From an uncultured Pirellulales bacterium (GTDB taxonomy: Bacteria > Planctomycetota > Phycisphaerae > Sedimentisphaerales > Anaerobacaceae): DNA of 64,000 bases. The stretch spans positions 32,952-96,951 of the forward strand of contig CAZVWH010000001.1 in the NCBI GenBank assembly GCA_964631175.1, read 5' to 3'. A program made the position numbers and the translations under genes. Shown piece by piece: positions 35,596 to 44,830 of the stretch. The notes under the pieces are model-generated. The model was not told the origin of the DNA. It was given only the letters and a program-made list of their open reading frames with translations, and ran no database searches. Position 1 is the first letter of the stretch. The number at the start of each line of letters is the position of its first letter.

Positions 35596-38466
35596 ATGTG
35601 TAAGAAATTGTGTTTTTTAATCCTTTCTGTTTTGATGCTAAGTCTGGCGTGCACCAGTTACGGTGAAGTTGTGATAGGCAACTTTGAGCAGCAAATGGAC
35701 AGATGGACATCATGCACCTGGAGTCCTCCCGGGAATCCTACTTTTGATTACGGCACGACCGGGGTCACATTAGGCAGCTACAGTCTCAAGGCGGTGCAGC
35801 CGACCGATGGATTCAATTGGTTTTTGATAAATACCAATGTGAGTGGTAATGACTTCAGGGCTAACAACATCATCTCGATAGACATCACGCGGTTAGCTAA
35901 CGAGTGGACACGTGGAACCGGAGACCATGGGTGCAACCTCGACTTGCGTTTCCAAGACACCTCTAACTATAACTTGGTGGGCTTAGGCAACAGTGGTGAT
36001 TGGGATAGTAATGACCTCAACGCTAACGATACGATGACAGCTACCTGGGACTACACTGTATATAAAGATCAACCTGACGTGCTGTCCCCTGACGCTACGT
36101 CGGTACAGATTGTAATCGCCACCAATACCAATGGTTACACCGGCAACGGGACCTGGTACATTGACAATATAAAACTACTGGCCAGCCGTCACGAGCAACC
36201 GCGAAACGGTGCGTGGGGTATGGAGCTTAATCCCACCCTTAAGTGGGATGAAGCATCACCGTCTGACACATTCGATGTATATGTCGGCACCGATTTTAAC
36301 AATGTGAACGACGCCGACAGAACAGACCAAACGGGCTTGCTGTTTTATAGCGAGAACCAGGATCCTAACAACTATCCTTTAAGCGGAACCACTAATGGTA
36401 CGACTTATTACTGGCGGATCGATGATGTTGTTGACGGCACCCCCGTGAAAGGTACTGTCTGGCACTTTACGACTTTTCTTCTGGGCGCAAAAAGCACTGT
36501 TATCGGCGACTGGGAACAGCAGATGGACGGATGGGTTGACGCAGAGCCCGATGACGCCAATATGGTGTTAGGCTACAGTACTGTCGGGGCCACGTTGAAC
36601 AACTACAGCCTCACGGTGGAAGCTCCGATAGAATGGTATGAGACTGTGCAAATCCCGATTAACGAAACTGGTTTTACTCACCAACTTATGGCTAACAACC
36701 GATTCTCATTGGACGTGACATGGGATACTACCATGTTTGGAGGGGATATCGAAAGTATTGTTATCGATGGCGACGGGATTGGAGGGTTGCAGTTAGCACC
36801 TATAAGTGAAACGATTATTGGTTCTGCTGGTGGCTTGGATACGACGACGTTTACATGGGACTACTCTGCTGTTGATTTTAGTTTGCTTCCTGCTGAACCT
36901 GAGAACCTGACGTTGAGTATCGCCACAATGGCAGATGACAGAGGTCTTTATCACTTCGACAATGCGCGATTGTACAGCTCGAAAGTTGCCTCTCTCCCAA
37001 TGCCGGGCGACAATGAGGCAGAAGCACAGAGGGAACCGACACTTAGCTGGAGTCCTGGGGAAGGTGCCGGCACACACGACGTATATTTCGGCACCGATTA
37101 TGACAAAGTAAACGACGCCAGCAAAGCAGACCACCCTGACTTGCTATTTTACGGTGAGGACCGGGACTACGACGCTAACAATATTGATATCACAGGTGAG
37201 CTCGGATATCCTTTGTCATTTGGCACAACCTACTACTGGAGGATTGACGAGGTCAATGAAACCGTCTGGAAAGGTACTGTCTGGAGCTTTACGGTAGGCT
37301 GGTATCTTGTTATGGACGATTTCGAGGACTACAATGACTATGAGCTTAACAGGATATTCGATGTGTGGTCAGACTACGCCGTGAATAATACTGGTATGAC
37401 TGTGGGATATCTTGATCCTCCGTTTGCCGAGAAGAGCATAGTTCACGGTGGTTCTCAAGCAATGTACATGACTTACGACAACGATGGTACTGTAAACGAG
37501 GACACCAATTTCGAACAGAGCGGGACATTGCTTTACTCAGAAGCCGAGCGCCAGTGGGCGGACCCGCAGGACTGGACCGCAAATGAAGCTGAGTCCTTAA
37601 CGCTGTGGTTCAGAGGCTATCGAGAACCTGTTGGTAGCTTCGCAGAAGGCCCGCCAATCACGATGACTGCTGCCGGTATGGACATCTGGGATACGGCTGA
37701 CGAGTTCCACTTCGCCTATAAGCAGCTCTCCGGTCTTGGGAGCATAACAGCTAAGATCCTCAGCGTTAGTAATACCGACCCATGGGCCAAAGCAGGTGTA
37801 ATGATTCGCCAGTCACTTGAGCCCAGCTCTCCACATGCTTCAGTAGTCATCACGCCTGAGAGTGGAGTTTCCTTCCAACGCCGAGCTGCTGTGAGTGCCG
37901 TTAGCGAGCAAACTCAGCAAACCGATATCACCGCTCCACAATGGGTCAGATTAATCCGCGCCGGCAACTCCTTTATAGGGCAGTATTCAGCTAACGGAGC
38001 TACATGGACAACACTGGGTACTGTGAATATGCCTATGCTTTCGGAGGTCTATGCAGGCTTATGTCTGACCGGCCATAACGTTAATGCAACGTGCACAGCT
38101 GAACTCTCTAATGTTGCCATATCCGGCACGGTTACAGGCGGCTGGCAGTCGCAGGACATTGGTATAGAAAGTAACATTGCCGAGCCGATGTATGTAGTTC
38201 TGGCTGATAGCGCCGGTAATAGTATTGTGGTCACACACCCGGATCCAGGCGTATCGGCTACACCAAGCTGGACGGAGTGGAATATCCCCTTTGCTGATTT
38301 TACCAACGTGAATATGCAGGCTGTCAAGCGTATGGTCATAGGCGTCGGCGATCAGTCAAATACGCTGCAACCCGGTGGTGCAGGTACAATGTTCATTGAT
38401 GATATCAGGCTGTATCTTCCGACACCTGAACCTGAACAAGAGCCGGATGAAGGTGGAGACGGTTGA
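35596..38466 (+). CDS. Array paralog A: secreted protein with 2 CBM-like sandwiches, 2 TYYWRIDE repeats and the shared C-terminal nested module
   Basis: GAAGGAGGA RBS, signal peptide MCKKLCFLILSVLMLSLA. Two VIG[ND][FW]EQQMD[RG]W domains. FDVYVGT..TYYWRIDDV and HDVYFGT..TYYWRIDEV. C-module DDFEDYND..ITMTAAGMDIWD..WAKAGVMIRQS..FIDDIRLYLP. Confidence 0.9.
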   Translation: MCKKLCFLILSVLMLSLACTSYGEVVIGNFEQQMDRWTSCTWSPPGNPTFDYGTTGVTLGSYSLKAVQPTDGFNWFLINTNVSGNDFRANNIISIDITRLANEWTRGTGDHGCNLDLRFQDTSNYNLVGLGNSGDWDSNDLNANDTMTATWDYTVYKDQPDVLSPDATSVQIVIATNTNGYTGNGTWYIDNIKLLASRHEQPRNGAWGMELNPTLKWDEASPSDTFDVYVGTDFNNVNDADRTDQTGLLFYSENQDPNNYPLSGTTNGTTYYWRIDDVVDGTPVKGTVWHFTTFLLGAKSTVIGDWEQQMDGWVDAEPDDANMVLGYSTVGATLNNYSLTVEAPIEWYETVQIPINETGFTHQLMANNRFSLDVTWDTTMFGGDIESIVIDGDGIGGLQLAPISETIIGSAGGLDTTTFTWDYSAVDFSLLPAEPENLTLSIATMADDRGLYHFDNARLYSSKVASLPMPGDNEAEAQREPTLSWSPGEGAGTHDVYFGTDYDKVNDASKADHPDLLFYGEDRDYDANNIDITGELGYPLSFGTTYYWRIDEVNETVWKGTVWSFTVGWYLVMDDFEDYNDYELNRIFDVWSDYAVNNTGMTVGYLDPPFAEKSIVHGGSQAMYMTYDNDGTVNEDTNFEQSGTLLYSEAERQWADPQDWTANEAESLTLWFRGYREPVGSFAEGPPITMTAAGMDIWDTADEFHFAYKQLSGLGSITAKILSVSNTDPWAKAGVMIRQSLEPSSPHASVVITPESGVSFQRRAAVSAVSEQTQQTDITAPQWVRLIRAGNSFIGQYSANGATWTTLGTVNMPMLSEVYAGLCLTGHNVNATCTAELSNVAISGTVTGGWQSQDIGIESNIAEPMYVVLADSAGNSIVVTHPDPGVSATPSWTEWNIPFADFTNVNMQAVKRMVIGVGDQSNTLQPGGAGTMFIDDIRLYLPTPEPEQEPDEGGDG

Positions 38467-38617
38467 TCCTGGCAATGAGGGTCTGGTACAATGCATGTGA
38501 GAATAATACTGAGGATACCTCTGGCAACAGTACAGTGGTCGCACATCCGGACATGGGTGCAGCAACCACAGACATCTGGAACCAGTGGAATATTCCCTCG
38601 GCAGATTTTGTTAACAT
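38467..38617 (+). pseudogene. Decayed relic of a paralog C-terminus (copy 1)
   Basis: Frame of ORF 38463 reads EDTSGNSTVVAHPDMGAATTDIWNQWNIPSADFVNM, aligning with family ADSAGNS.VV.HPDP.A....WT.WNIPFADF.NVNM. It has no start or N-terminal part and ends in a hairpin. Confidence 0.7.
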
Positions 38618-38650
38618 GGCGGTCCCACGGGCAAAGCCCGTGGGACCGCC
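38618..38650 (+). terminator. Perfect 15-bp stem hairpin between paralogs A and B
   Basis: GGCGGTCCCACGGGC-AAA-GCCCGTGGGACCGCC followed by ATTT. The weak U-tract means it could be a terminator or an RNA-stability/REP hairpin. Confidence 0.55.
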
Positions 38651-38786
38651 ATTTGCATTCATCATCCGACGCCACAGTTCGGCTATGGAAAGCAGCTTCC
38701 ACGGCTAAAACCCCTGGTTTTCTGCGAAAGATGTTAGATTAAAGTACTGTTATTTGTTAGTGTAGCTTTTTTGAAGGAGGAATATT

Positions 38787-41030
38787 ATGTGTAGAAAGTC
38801 GAAGTTCCACTATGGGGGGCAAAGATCCGGTCCGGCATACAGACGGAACGGATTGATTTATATGATTTCCTTTGTATTGGTGCTGGGCCTCGCTGGAGCA
38901 AGCGCAGCGGAAGAAATTGACCCCTCACTTGTCGGCTGGTGGAAGCTCAATGAGGATTTTGGCTCCACCGCTATTGATTGGTCCGGTCATGACAATCATG
39001 GCAGCCTCGTGGGTGACCCGCAATGGGTGTCCGGGTACATAGGCGGCACACTGGATTTTGACGGTGATGGCGACTACATCGACTGCGGATATGATCCGAT
39101 CTTTGATATCACCGACGAGATTACGCTCGCTGCATGGGTAAATATTAGGTCGATCTCCGTTCAGTGGATGGCTATCGTCGCTAAGGGTGAATACGCTTGG
39201 AGACTTAGTAACGATGATAGCGACCCGAGGTTTCACTTTGGTATCACTATCTGGTCGGACGATAATCCTTCAGTCAATGGAAGCACTGCGGTCGGCTACG
39301 ACGAATGGCATCACGTCGCCGGAATGTATGATGGTTCAAACATCAACTTATATTTGGACGGAGTGCTTGACGTGAACATTTCCAATGATACTGGCATAGG
39401 TACCAATACCGAAAACCTACTTATTGGCGAAAACCCAGAAGCAGCAGAACGCTACTGGGATGGCTTCATCGACGATGTCCGGGTTTACAATGTAGCACTG
39501 ACGGAAGATGAGATAGCGGCAGTGATGTCATATATGGGAGATGACCCCTCACTTGCCTGGGGAGCGAATCCGATTAACGGTCAAACAGATGTACTACAGG
39601 ATGTGGTTCTTAGATGGAAAGCCGGAATCTATACCGAGACGCATAATGTGTACTTAGGAACAGTTTTCGATGATGTCAACGAGGCGAGTACAGACGATAC
39701 GCGGGGTGTTCTTCTCAGCCAAAACCTGGCCGAATCCACTTTTGACCCTCCCGTCTATCTGGATTTTGATCAGACCTACTACTGGCGGATCGATGAGGTT
39801 AATGACACAGAGCCAAATAGTCCCTGGAAAGGTAACATCTGGAGTTTTACAGTTGCCAACTTCACTACAGTGGACGACTTTGAAGACTATAATGACGCTA
39901 CTAACAGGATATACGATACGTGGGCGGACTATGTCGTGAATAACACCGGCATGACTGTGGGTCACTTTAATCCTCCGTATGCCGAGCAAACTATAGTTCA
40001 CACCGGCTTTCAAGCCATGTACATGCGTTACGACAACGATGGTACCGTCAACGAGGGGACCGACTACGAACAAAGCGGAACACTGTTTTATTCTGAAGTT
40101 GAACGCCAGTGGGAGACTCCGCAGGATTGGACCGCGAACGACATTGAGTCCTTAACGCTGTGGTTCAGAGGCTTACCTGCATCTGTTGGCAGCTTCGTCC
40201 CTGAGGGACAAGCAGAAGGGCCACCAATCACGATGACCGCTAATGGTAAGGACATCTACGATACGGCTGACGAGTTCCACTTTGCCTATAAACGGTTTTC
40301 TGGTGCTGGTAGCATAACAGCCAAGGTTCTCAGCGTTAGCAATACACACCTATGGGCCAAGGCGGGTGTAATGATTCGCCAGTCGCTTGAGCCCGGCTCT
40401 CTGCATGCTGCGATGGTAGTCACGCCTGGCAGTGGAGTTTCCTTCCAACGCCGAACAGCCGTGAACGGCGGCAGCGAAGAAACTCAACAAGAAGATATCA
40501 CAGCGCCACATTGGGTCAGATTAATCCGCGCCGGCAACACCCTAATCGGACAGCATTCTGATAACGGAGCTACCTGGACAACACTGGGTACTGTGAATAT
40601 ACCTATGCTTCTGGAAGTTTATGCAGGCTTATGCCTGACCAGCCATAACGTTGATGAAACGTGCACAGCCGAATTCTCTGATGTTACCATATCCGGCATG
40701 GTTACAGGCGACTGGCTGTCACAGGACATCGGTATAGAGAGTAACATTGCCGAGCCGATGTATGTAGCTCTGGCCGATAGTGCCGGTAATAGTGCATTGG
40801 TCAACTACCCAGACCCGGCTGCATCTCTCATAGGAAGCTGGACGGAGTGGAATATCCCCTTTGCTGATTTTACCGACGTGAATATACAGGCTATCAAGCG
40901 CTTGGCCATAGGTATCGGCGATCAGTCAAATATGCTGCAACCCGGTGGTGCAGGTACAATGTTCATTGACGATATCAGGCTGTATCTTCCAACACCCGAA
41001 CCGGAACCAGAGCCAAGTGGAGCCAATTGA
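38787..41030 (+). CDS. Array paralog B: LamG + 1 TYYWRIDE repeat + shared C-terminal module
   Basis: Cassette TTTTTTGAAGGAGGAATATTATGTG, long n-region signal peptide. LamG WWKLNEDFGSTAIDWSGHDNHGSLVGDPQWVSGYIGGTLDFDG..IDDVRVYNVAL. HNVYLGT..TYYWRIDEVN. C-module. Confidence 0.9.
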   Translation: MCRKSKFHYGGQRSGPAYRRNGLIYMISFVLVLGLAGASAAEEIDPSLVGWWKLNEDFGSTAIDWSGHDNHGSLVGDPQWVSGYIGGTLDFDGDGDYIDCGYDPIFDITDEITLAAWVNIRSISVQWMAIVAKGEYAWRLSNDDSDPRFHFGITIWSDDNPSVNGSTAVGYDEWHHVAGMYDGSNINLYLDGVLDVNISNDTGIGTNTENLLIGENPEAAERYWDGFIDDVRVYNVALTEDEIAAVMSYMGDDPSLAWGANPINGQTDVLQDVVLRWKAGIYTETHNVYLGTVFDDVNEASTDDTRGVLLSQNLAESTFDPPVYLDFDQTYYWRIDEVNDTEPNSPWKGNIWSFTVANFTTVDDFEDYNDATNRIYDTWADYVVNNTGMTVGHFNPPYAEQTIVHTGFQAMYMRYDNDGTVNEGTDYEQSGTLFYSEVERQWETPQDWTANDIESLTLWFRGLPASVGSFVPEGQAEGPPITMTANGKDIYDTADEFHFAYKRFSGAGSITAKVLSVSNTHLWAKAGVMIRQSLEPGSLHAAMVVTPGSGVSFQRRTAVNGGSEETQQEDITAPHWVRLIRAGNTLIGQHSDNGATWTTLGTVNIPMLLEVYAGLCLTSHNVDETCTAEFSDVTISGMVTGDWLSQDIGIESNIAEPMYVALADSAGNSALVNYPDPAASLIGSWTEWNIPFADFTDVNIQAIKRLAIGIGDQSNMLQPGGAGTMFIDDIRLYLPTPEPEPEPSGAN

Positions 41031-41051
41031 TTTTTTTGAAGGAGGAATATT

Positions 41052-44000
41052 ATGTGCAAGAAATTGATTTATCTGATGTTGTGTGTCTTAGTTCTTGGGG
41101 TGACCGGCTCAGCTTCAGCCGAACTGATTGCGCACTGGCCCTTTGACGAGGGCTCAGGAACCACGTTGAATGATGTCGTCGGCGGCAATAACGGCACCTT
41201 GCAGGGAGATCCCACGTGGATTGTCGGCCCGGTCAATGGTGCCCTTGACTTTGACGGCAATGAAGACCTTGTGACTATCCCAAATAGCTCGGCACTGCAA
41301 TTGCGTAGTACTGGGCAATATACGGTGGCGGTCTGGGTGAATGTCGTGAACCCGGACGGCGGACTCATTTTATTCAGTGGCGAGGGGTGTGTTGCATGGG
41401 CAAACTGGTACCTGGGTGTGACGGAAGGTGAGCCCGATGCCCGTAATCTTGGTGGTCCCCCAAAGCAGGAGGGCAGCTTGGTCTTCGGTGTCCGCACGGT
41501 AAATTGGGGTACTGTTGCTGGCTATGTCGCAGCTCCATTCGTACCCGAAACGTGGATGCATGTGGCTGCCACGTATGACGGTGTCACACTGAGAATATAC
41601 ATAGATGGTCAAGAAGTAGACAGCGCCGAGGAAGTCCCTCTGCCGCGTGACAACACCAATATGCCCTTAAATATCGCCGGCGATAACGGCTGTAGCGCTA
41701 TCGGACGCAACTGGTTCACGGGCAAGATTGACGACTTGCGGATTTATGACGTGGCGTTATGGGAGGACGAAATACAAGATATAATGACGCCTGCCAGTGC
41801 CTGGAAACCGAATCCGGCTGATAATGGCTCTGTGGCAGGTATTGACCCTATTCTGAGCTGGAATCCCGGAAAGCAGGCCGTAACCCATAATGTCTATCTG
41901 GGAACAACAATGGAGGACGTCAGTGCAGCCACCGCCGATAATCATCCGAATGTCGAGGTCAGCCTGGGTCAGAGCGAAAACACGTACAGCCCAGCCGAGT
42001 CCCTGGTGTACGGACAAACCTATTACTGGCGAGTGGATGAGGCCAATGATGTTCAAGTTTGGCGGGGTGATGTCTGGAGCTTCCTGGTTCAGCCATTGAC
42101 TGCCTATATGCCGACGCCAGCGAACGGAGCCAAATACCTGGATCCTGATATCGTTCTTTCCTGGAGCCCGGGCTTGGGGGCAGAGTCACATGATGTGTAC
42201 TTAGGTACCGACCCGAATAATCTGACACTGGAATCGACAGCTCAAACAACAACCACGTACGAGCCGGAGACATTGAATTATGACACGACTTATTACTGGC
42301 GTATCGATGAGTTTGATGGTTCGGACACGCATGTGGGTGATGTCTGGAGTTTCTCAATCCTGCCGGATATACCTATCAGAGATCCCAGCCTTGTGGGTTG
42401 GTGGAAGCTTGATGAGGGCTTGGGTACTCGGGCCGTGGACTGGTCCGGCTATAATAGACATGGCACCATCTACGGCGGTCCAATCTGGGTGGACGGTTAT
42501 GATGGCGGCGCGCTCGAGTTCGACGGCATAAACAACTACGTAGATTTGCCGATTGACTCGCTTATCCCCTCTCTAACCAGTTGCACCATCACAACGTGGG
42601 TCGATTTCTCCAACACAGGTGGTCCTTGGCAGCGCATATTCGGCTTTTTCAACCCCAACGGATTCACTTCTTACATGACCCTGACACCGCGCTCTGGAGA
42701 TAGCGGACCCATGACTTTTGCTATCGTAACCGATTTCGCTAGCCCGTACCCGGGTAATGAGACGGATCAATTAATTGCCCCTTCAACACTTGTAAGCGGC
42801 TGGCATCATGTAGCTGTTGCGATAGATGGACAGAGCGACCCTCACTCTATGCAGCTTTACCTTGACGGTACGGTTGTTGCAGAAGATATAACGGAAACCC
42901 TACCGGCAGACCTCAACGACATCACAAGCAACATGCTTGGCCATACGGTGCACGGCCTTGAAGCATACTTTACCGGGCTATTGGATGATTTCCGCATCTA
43001 CAATTATGCAATGACACAGGATGAGATTACGGATGTGATGCGAATTGACACGCTGCGTGCCTGGAATCCGATTCCATCCAATGGAGCATTAACAGATGTA
43101 GAAAATGTGTTGCCTCTTAGCTGGTCGCCCGGAGATGAGGCTGTACAGCACGATGTGTACTTAGGTACAAATGCACTGGCTGTAGAAAGTGCTGATGCAT
43201 CTGATACCACAGGCATATATCGAGGCCAGCAGGATGCCAACAGTTACATGCCACCTGAAGGTGTAGAACCTAACCAGGTTTACTACTGGCGTATCGATGA
43301 GATCAATACCGATGCGATGGTAAACAAAGGTAAAATCTGGGCCTTTACAGTACTGCCATATCTTATTGTGGATGACTTTGAAAGCTATGACGATGTCGAT
43401 AATAGAATATACAATACCTGGGCAGATTACTACGTGAATAATACCGGTATGACTGTAGGGCACATTGAGCCTTCGTTTGCTGAGCTTGGTATTGTTCACA
43501 GCGGCTCACAATCAATGTATATGCACTACGACAATGATGGCACTGTAAATGAGGGCACTAGCTATGAACAGAGCGGAACACTCACTTTTTCTGAAGCAGA
43601 GCGAACGTGGGCAGATGCACAGGATTGGACCAGAAGAGATGTTGAGTCCTTAACACTGTGGTTCAGAGGCGTACCAGCATCTGTCGGCAGCTTTACAGAA
43701 GGGCCACCGATTACGATGACCGCTGGTGGTGCAGATATCTGGGATCTGGCTGACGAATTCCACTTTGCTTATAAGCAGTTATCCGGCGAAGGCAGCATAA
43801 CAGCGAGAGTAGTCAGCATCAGTAACACTAACGTCTGGGCCAAGGCGGGAGTTATGATCCGCGAGGGACTTTCGCCAGGTTCTGTACATGTTATGATAGT
43901 TGTCACTCCGGGTAGTGGAGTTTCCTTCCAGCGCCGTATTACCATGGACGCTGGTTCAGAGGAAACTACACAAGCAGATATCACCGCTCCACAATGGGTC

Positions 44001-44510
44001 AGACTTAGCCGCAGTGGTAACACATTTACCGGCGAGTATTCTGCTAACGGCTCTAACTGGACAACGCTGGGCTCCATTGATATAGCTATGCTTCCTGATA
44101 CCTACATAGGCTTATGCCTGACCAGCCACAACGTCGATGCGACGTGCACAGCCGAATTCTCTAATGTTACCACCGACGGCACAGGCCAGTGGCAATCACA
44201 GGATATCGGCATAGAAAGCAATATTGGTGAGCAGCTTTACGTAGTATTACAGGATAGCGCCGGCAATAGTGCGGTTGTAACTAATCCCGATCCCGCTGCA
44301 ACGATTATAGACACTTGGACACCTTGGAATATTCCGTTTACAGACTTTGCTAGCGTGAATATGCAGGCTATCAAGAAGATGGCTATCGGCGTCGGCGATA
44401 GGGCCAATACACAACCTGGTGGTGCAGGTAATTTGTACATTGATGATATTGGGCTGTATCTTCCGACACCTGAACCTGAACAAGAGCCGGATGAAGGTGG
44501 AGACGGTTGA
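41052..44510 (+). CDS. Array paralog C: LamG + 2 repeats + LamG + 1 repeat + shared C-terminal module
   Basis: Starts 21 nt after B with the same cassette. Two LamG domains (HWPFDEGSGTTLND.., WWKLDEGLGTRAVDWSGYNRHG..) and three H[ND]VYLGT..YYWR[VI]DE repeats. Confidence 0.9.
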   Translation: MCKKLIYLMLCVLVLGVTGSASAELIAHWPFDEGSGTTLNDVVGGNNGTLQGDPTWIVGPVNGALDFDGNEDLVTIPNSSALQLRSTGQYTVAVWVNVVNPDGGLILFSGEGCVAWANWYLGVTEGEPDARNLGGPPKQEGSLVFGVRTVNWGTVAGYVAAPFVPETWMHVAATYDGVTLRIYIDGQEVDSAEEVPLPRDNTNMPLNIAGDNGCSAIGRNWFTGKIDDLRIYDVALWEDEIQDIMTPASAWKPNPADNGSVAGIDPILSWNPGKQAVTHNVYLGTTMEDVSAATADNHPNVEVSLGQSENTYSPAESLVYGQTYYWRVDEANDVQVWRGDVWSFLVQPLTAYMPTPANGAKYLDPDIVLSWSPGLGAESHDVYLGTDPNNLTLESTAQTTTTYEPETLNYDTTYYWRIDEFDGSDTHVGDVWSFSILPDIPIRDPSLVGWWKLDEGLGTRAVDWSGYNRHGTIYGGPIWVDGYDGGALEFDGINNYVDLPIDSLIPSLTSCTITTWVDFSNTGGPWQRIFGFFNPNGFTSYMTLTPRSGDSGPMTFAIVTDFASPYPGNETDQLIAPSTLVSGWHHVAVAIDGQSDPHSMQLYLDGTVVAEDITETLPADLNDITSNMLGHTVHGLEAYFTGLLDDFRIYNYAMTQDEITDVMRIDTLRAWNPIPSNGALTDVENVLPLSWSPGDEAVQHDVYLGTNALAVESADASDTTGIYRGQQDANSYMPPEGVEPNQVYYWRIDEINTDAMVNKGKIWAFTVLPYLIVDDFESYDDVDNRIYNTWADYYVNNTGMTVGHIEPSFAELGIVHSGSQSMYMHYDNDGTVNEGTSYEQSGTLTFSEAERTWADAQDWTRRDVESLTLWFRGVPASVGSFTEGPPITMTAGGADIWDLADEFHFAYKQLSGEGSITARVVSISNTNVWAKAGVMIREGLSPGSVHVMIVVTPGSGVSFQRRITMDAGSEETTQADITAPQWVRLSRSGNTFTGEYSANGSNWTTLGSIDIAMLPDTYIGLCLTSHNVDATCTAEFSNVTTDGTGQWQSQDIGIESNIGEQLYVVLQDSAGNSAVVTNPDPAATIIDTWTPWNIPFTDFASVNMQAIKKMAIGVGDRANTQPGGAGNLYIDDIGLYLPTPEPEQEPDEGGDG

Positions 44511-44661
44511 TCCTGGCAATGAGGGTCTGGTACAATGCATGTGAGAATAATACTGAGGATACCTCTGGCAACAGTACAGTGGTCGCACATCCGGACATGG
44601 GTGCAGCAACCACAGACATCTGGAACCAGTGGAATATTCCCTCGGCAGATTTTGTTAACAT
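44511..44661 (+). pseudogene. Decayed relic of a paralog C-terminus (copy 2, identical to 38467-38617)
   Basis: Lies inside the 739-bp perfect repeat, offset 6044 bp from copy 1. Confidence 0.7.
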
Positions 44662-44694
44662 GGCGGTCCCACGGGCAAAGCCCGTGGGACCGCC
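44662..44694 (+). terminator. Perfect 15-bp stem hairpin between paralogs C and D (identical to 38618-38650)
   Basis: Same sequence as copy 1. Confidence 0.55.
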
Positions 44695-44830
44695 ATTTGC
44701 ATTCATCATCCGACGCCACAGTTCGGCTATGGAAAGCAGCTTCCACGGCTAAAACCCCTGGTTTTCTGCGAAAGATGTTAGATTAAAGTACTGTTATTTG
44801 TTAGTGTAGCTTTTTTGAAGGAGGAATATT

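Larger units (their letters stand above)
38408..39146 (+). repeat. 739-bp perfect direct repeat, copy 1 (3-prime end of A, relic, hairpin, RBS cassette, first ~120 codons of B)
   Basis: Read base by base against 44452-45190 (offset 6044). First mismatch at 39147 (T versus C). Confidence 0.9.

Noticed and set aside
38463-38742. ORFs 38463..38708 and 38491..38742 (and twins at 44507/44535) as real small genes
   Set aside because: They have no RBS and overlap each other. One frame is a truncated diverged copy of the family C-terminus ending in a hairpin, so they are best explained as a pseudogene relic.
40990-41030. PEP-CTERM sorting signal in the ..LYLPTPEPEPEPSGAN tails
   Set aside because: The proteins stop right after the Pro/Glu stretch. 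There is no following transmembrane helix or Arg-rich cluster, and no exosortase gene in the window.
41069-41497. Numerous 60-170-aa ORFs antisense to, or out of frame within, the large genes (for example 41069..41497, 44237..44746, 45761..46273, 49868..50332, 12041..12250, 53357..53830)
   Set aside because: They lie wholly inside long, motif-rich CDSs on the other strand or frame. Their composition is low-complexity (Ser/Pro/Arg/Cys-rich) with no RBS, as is typical of shadow ORFs.
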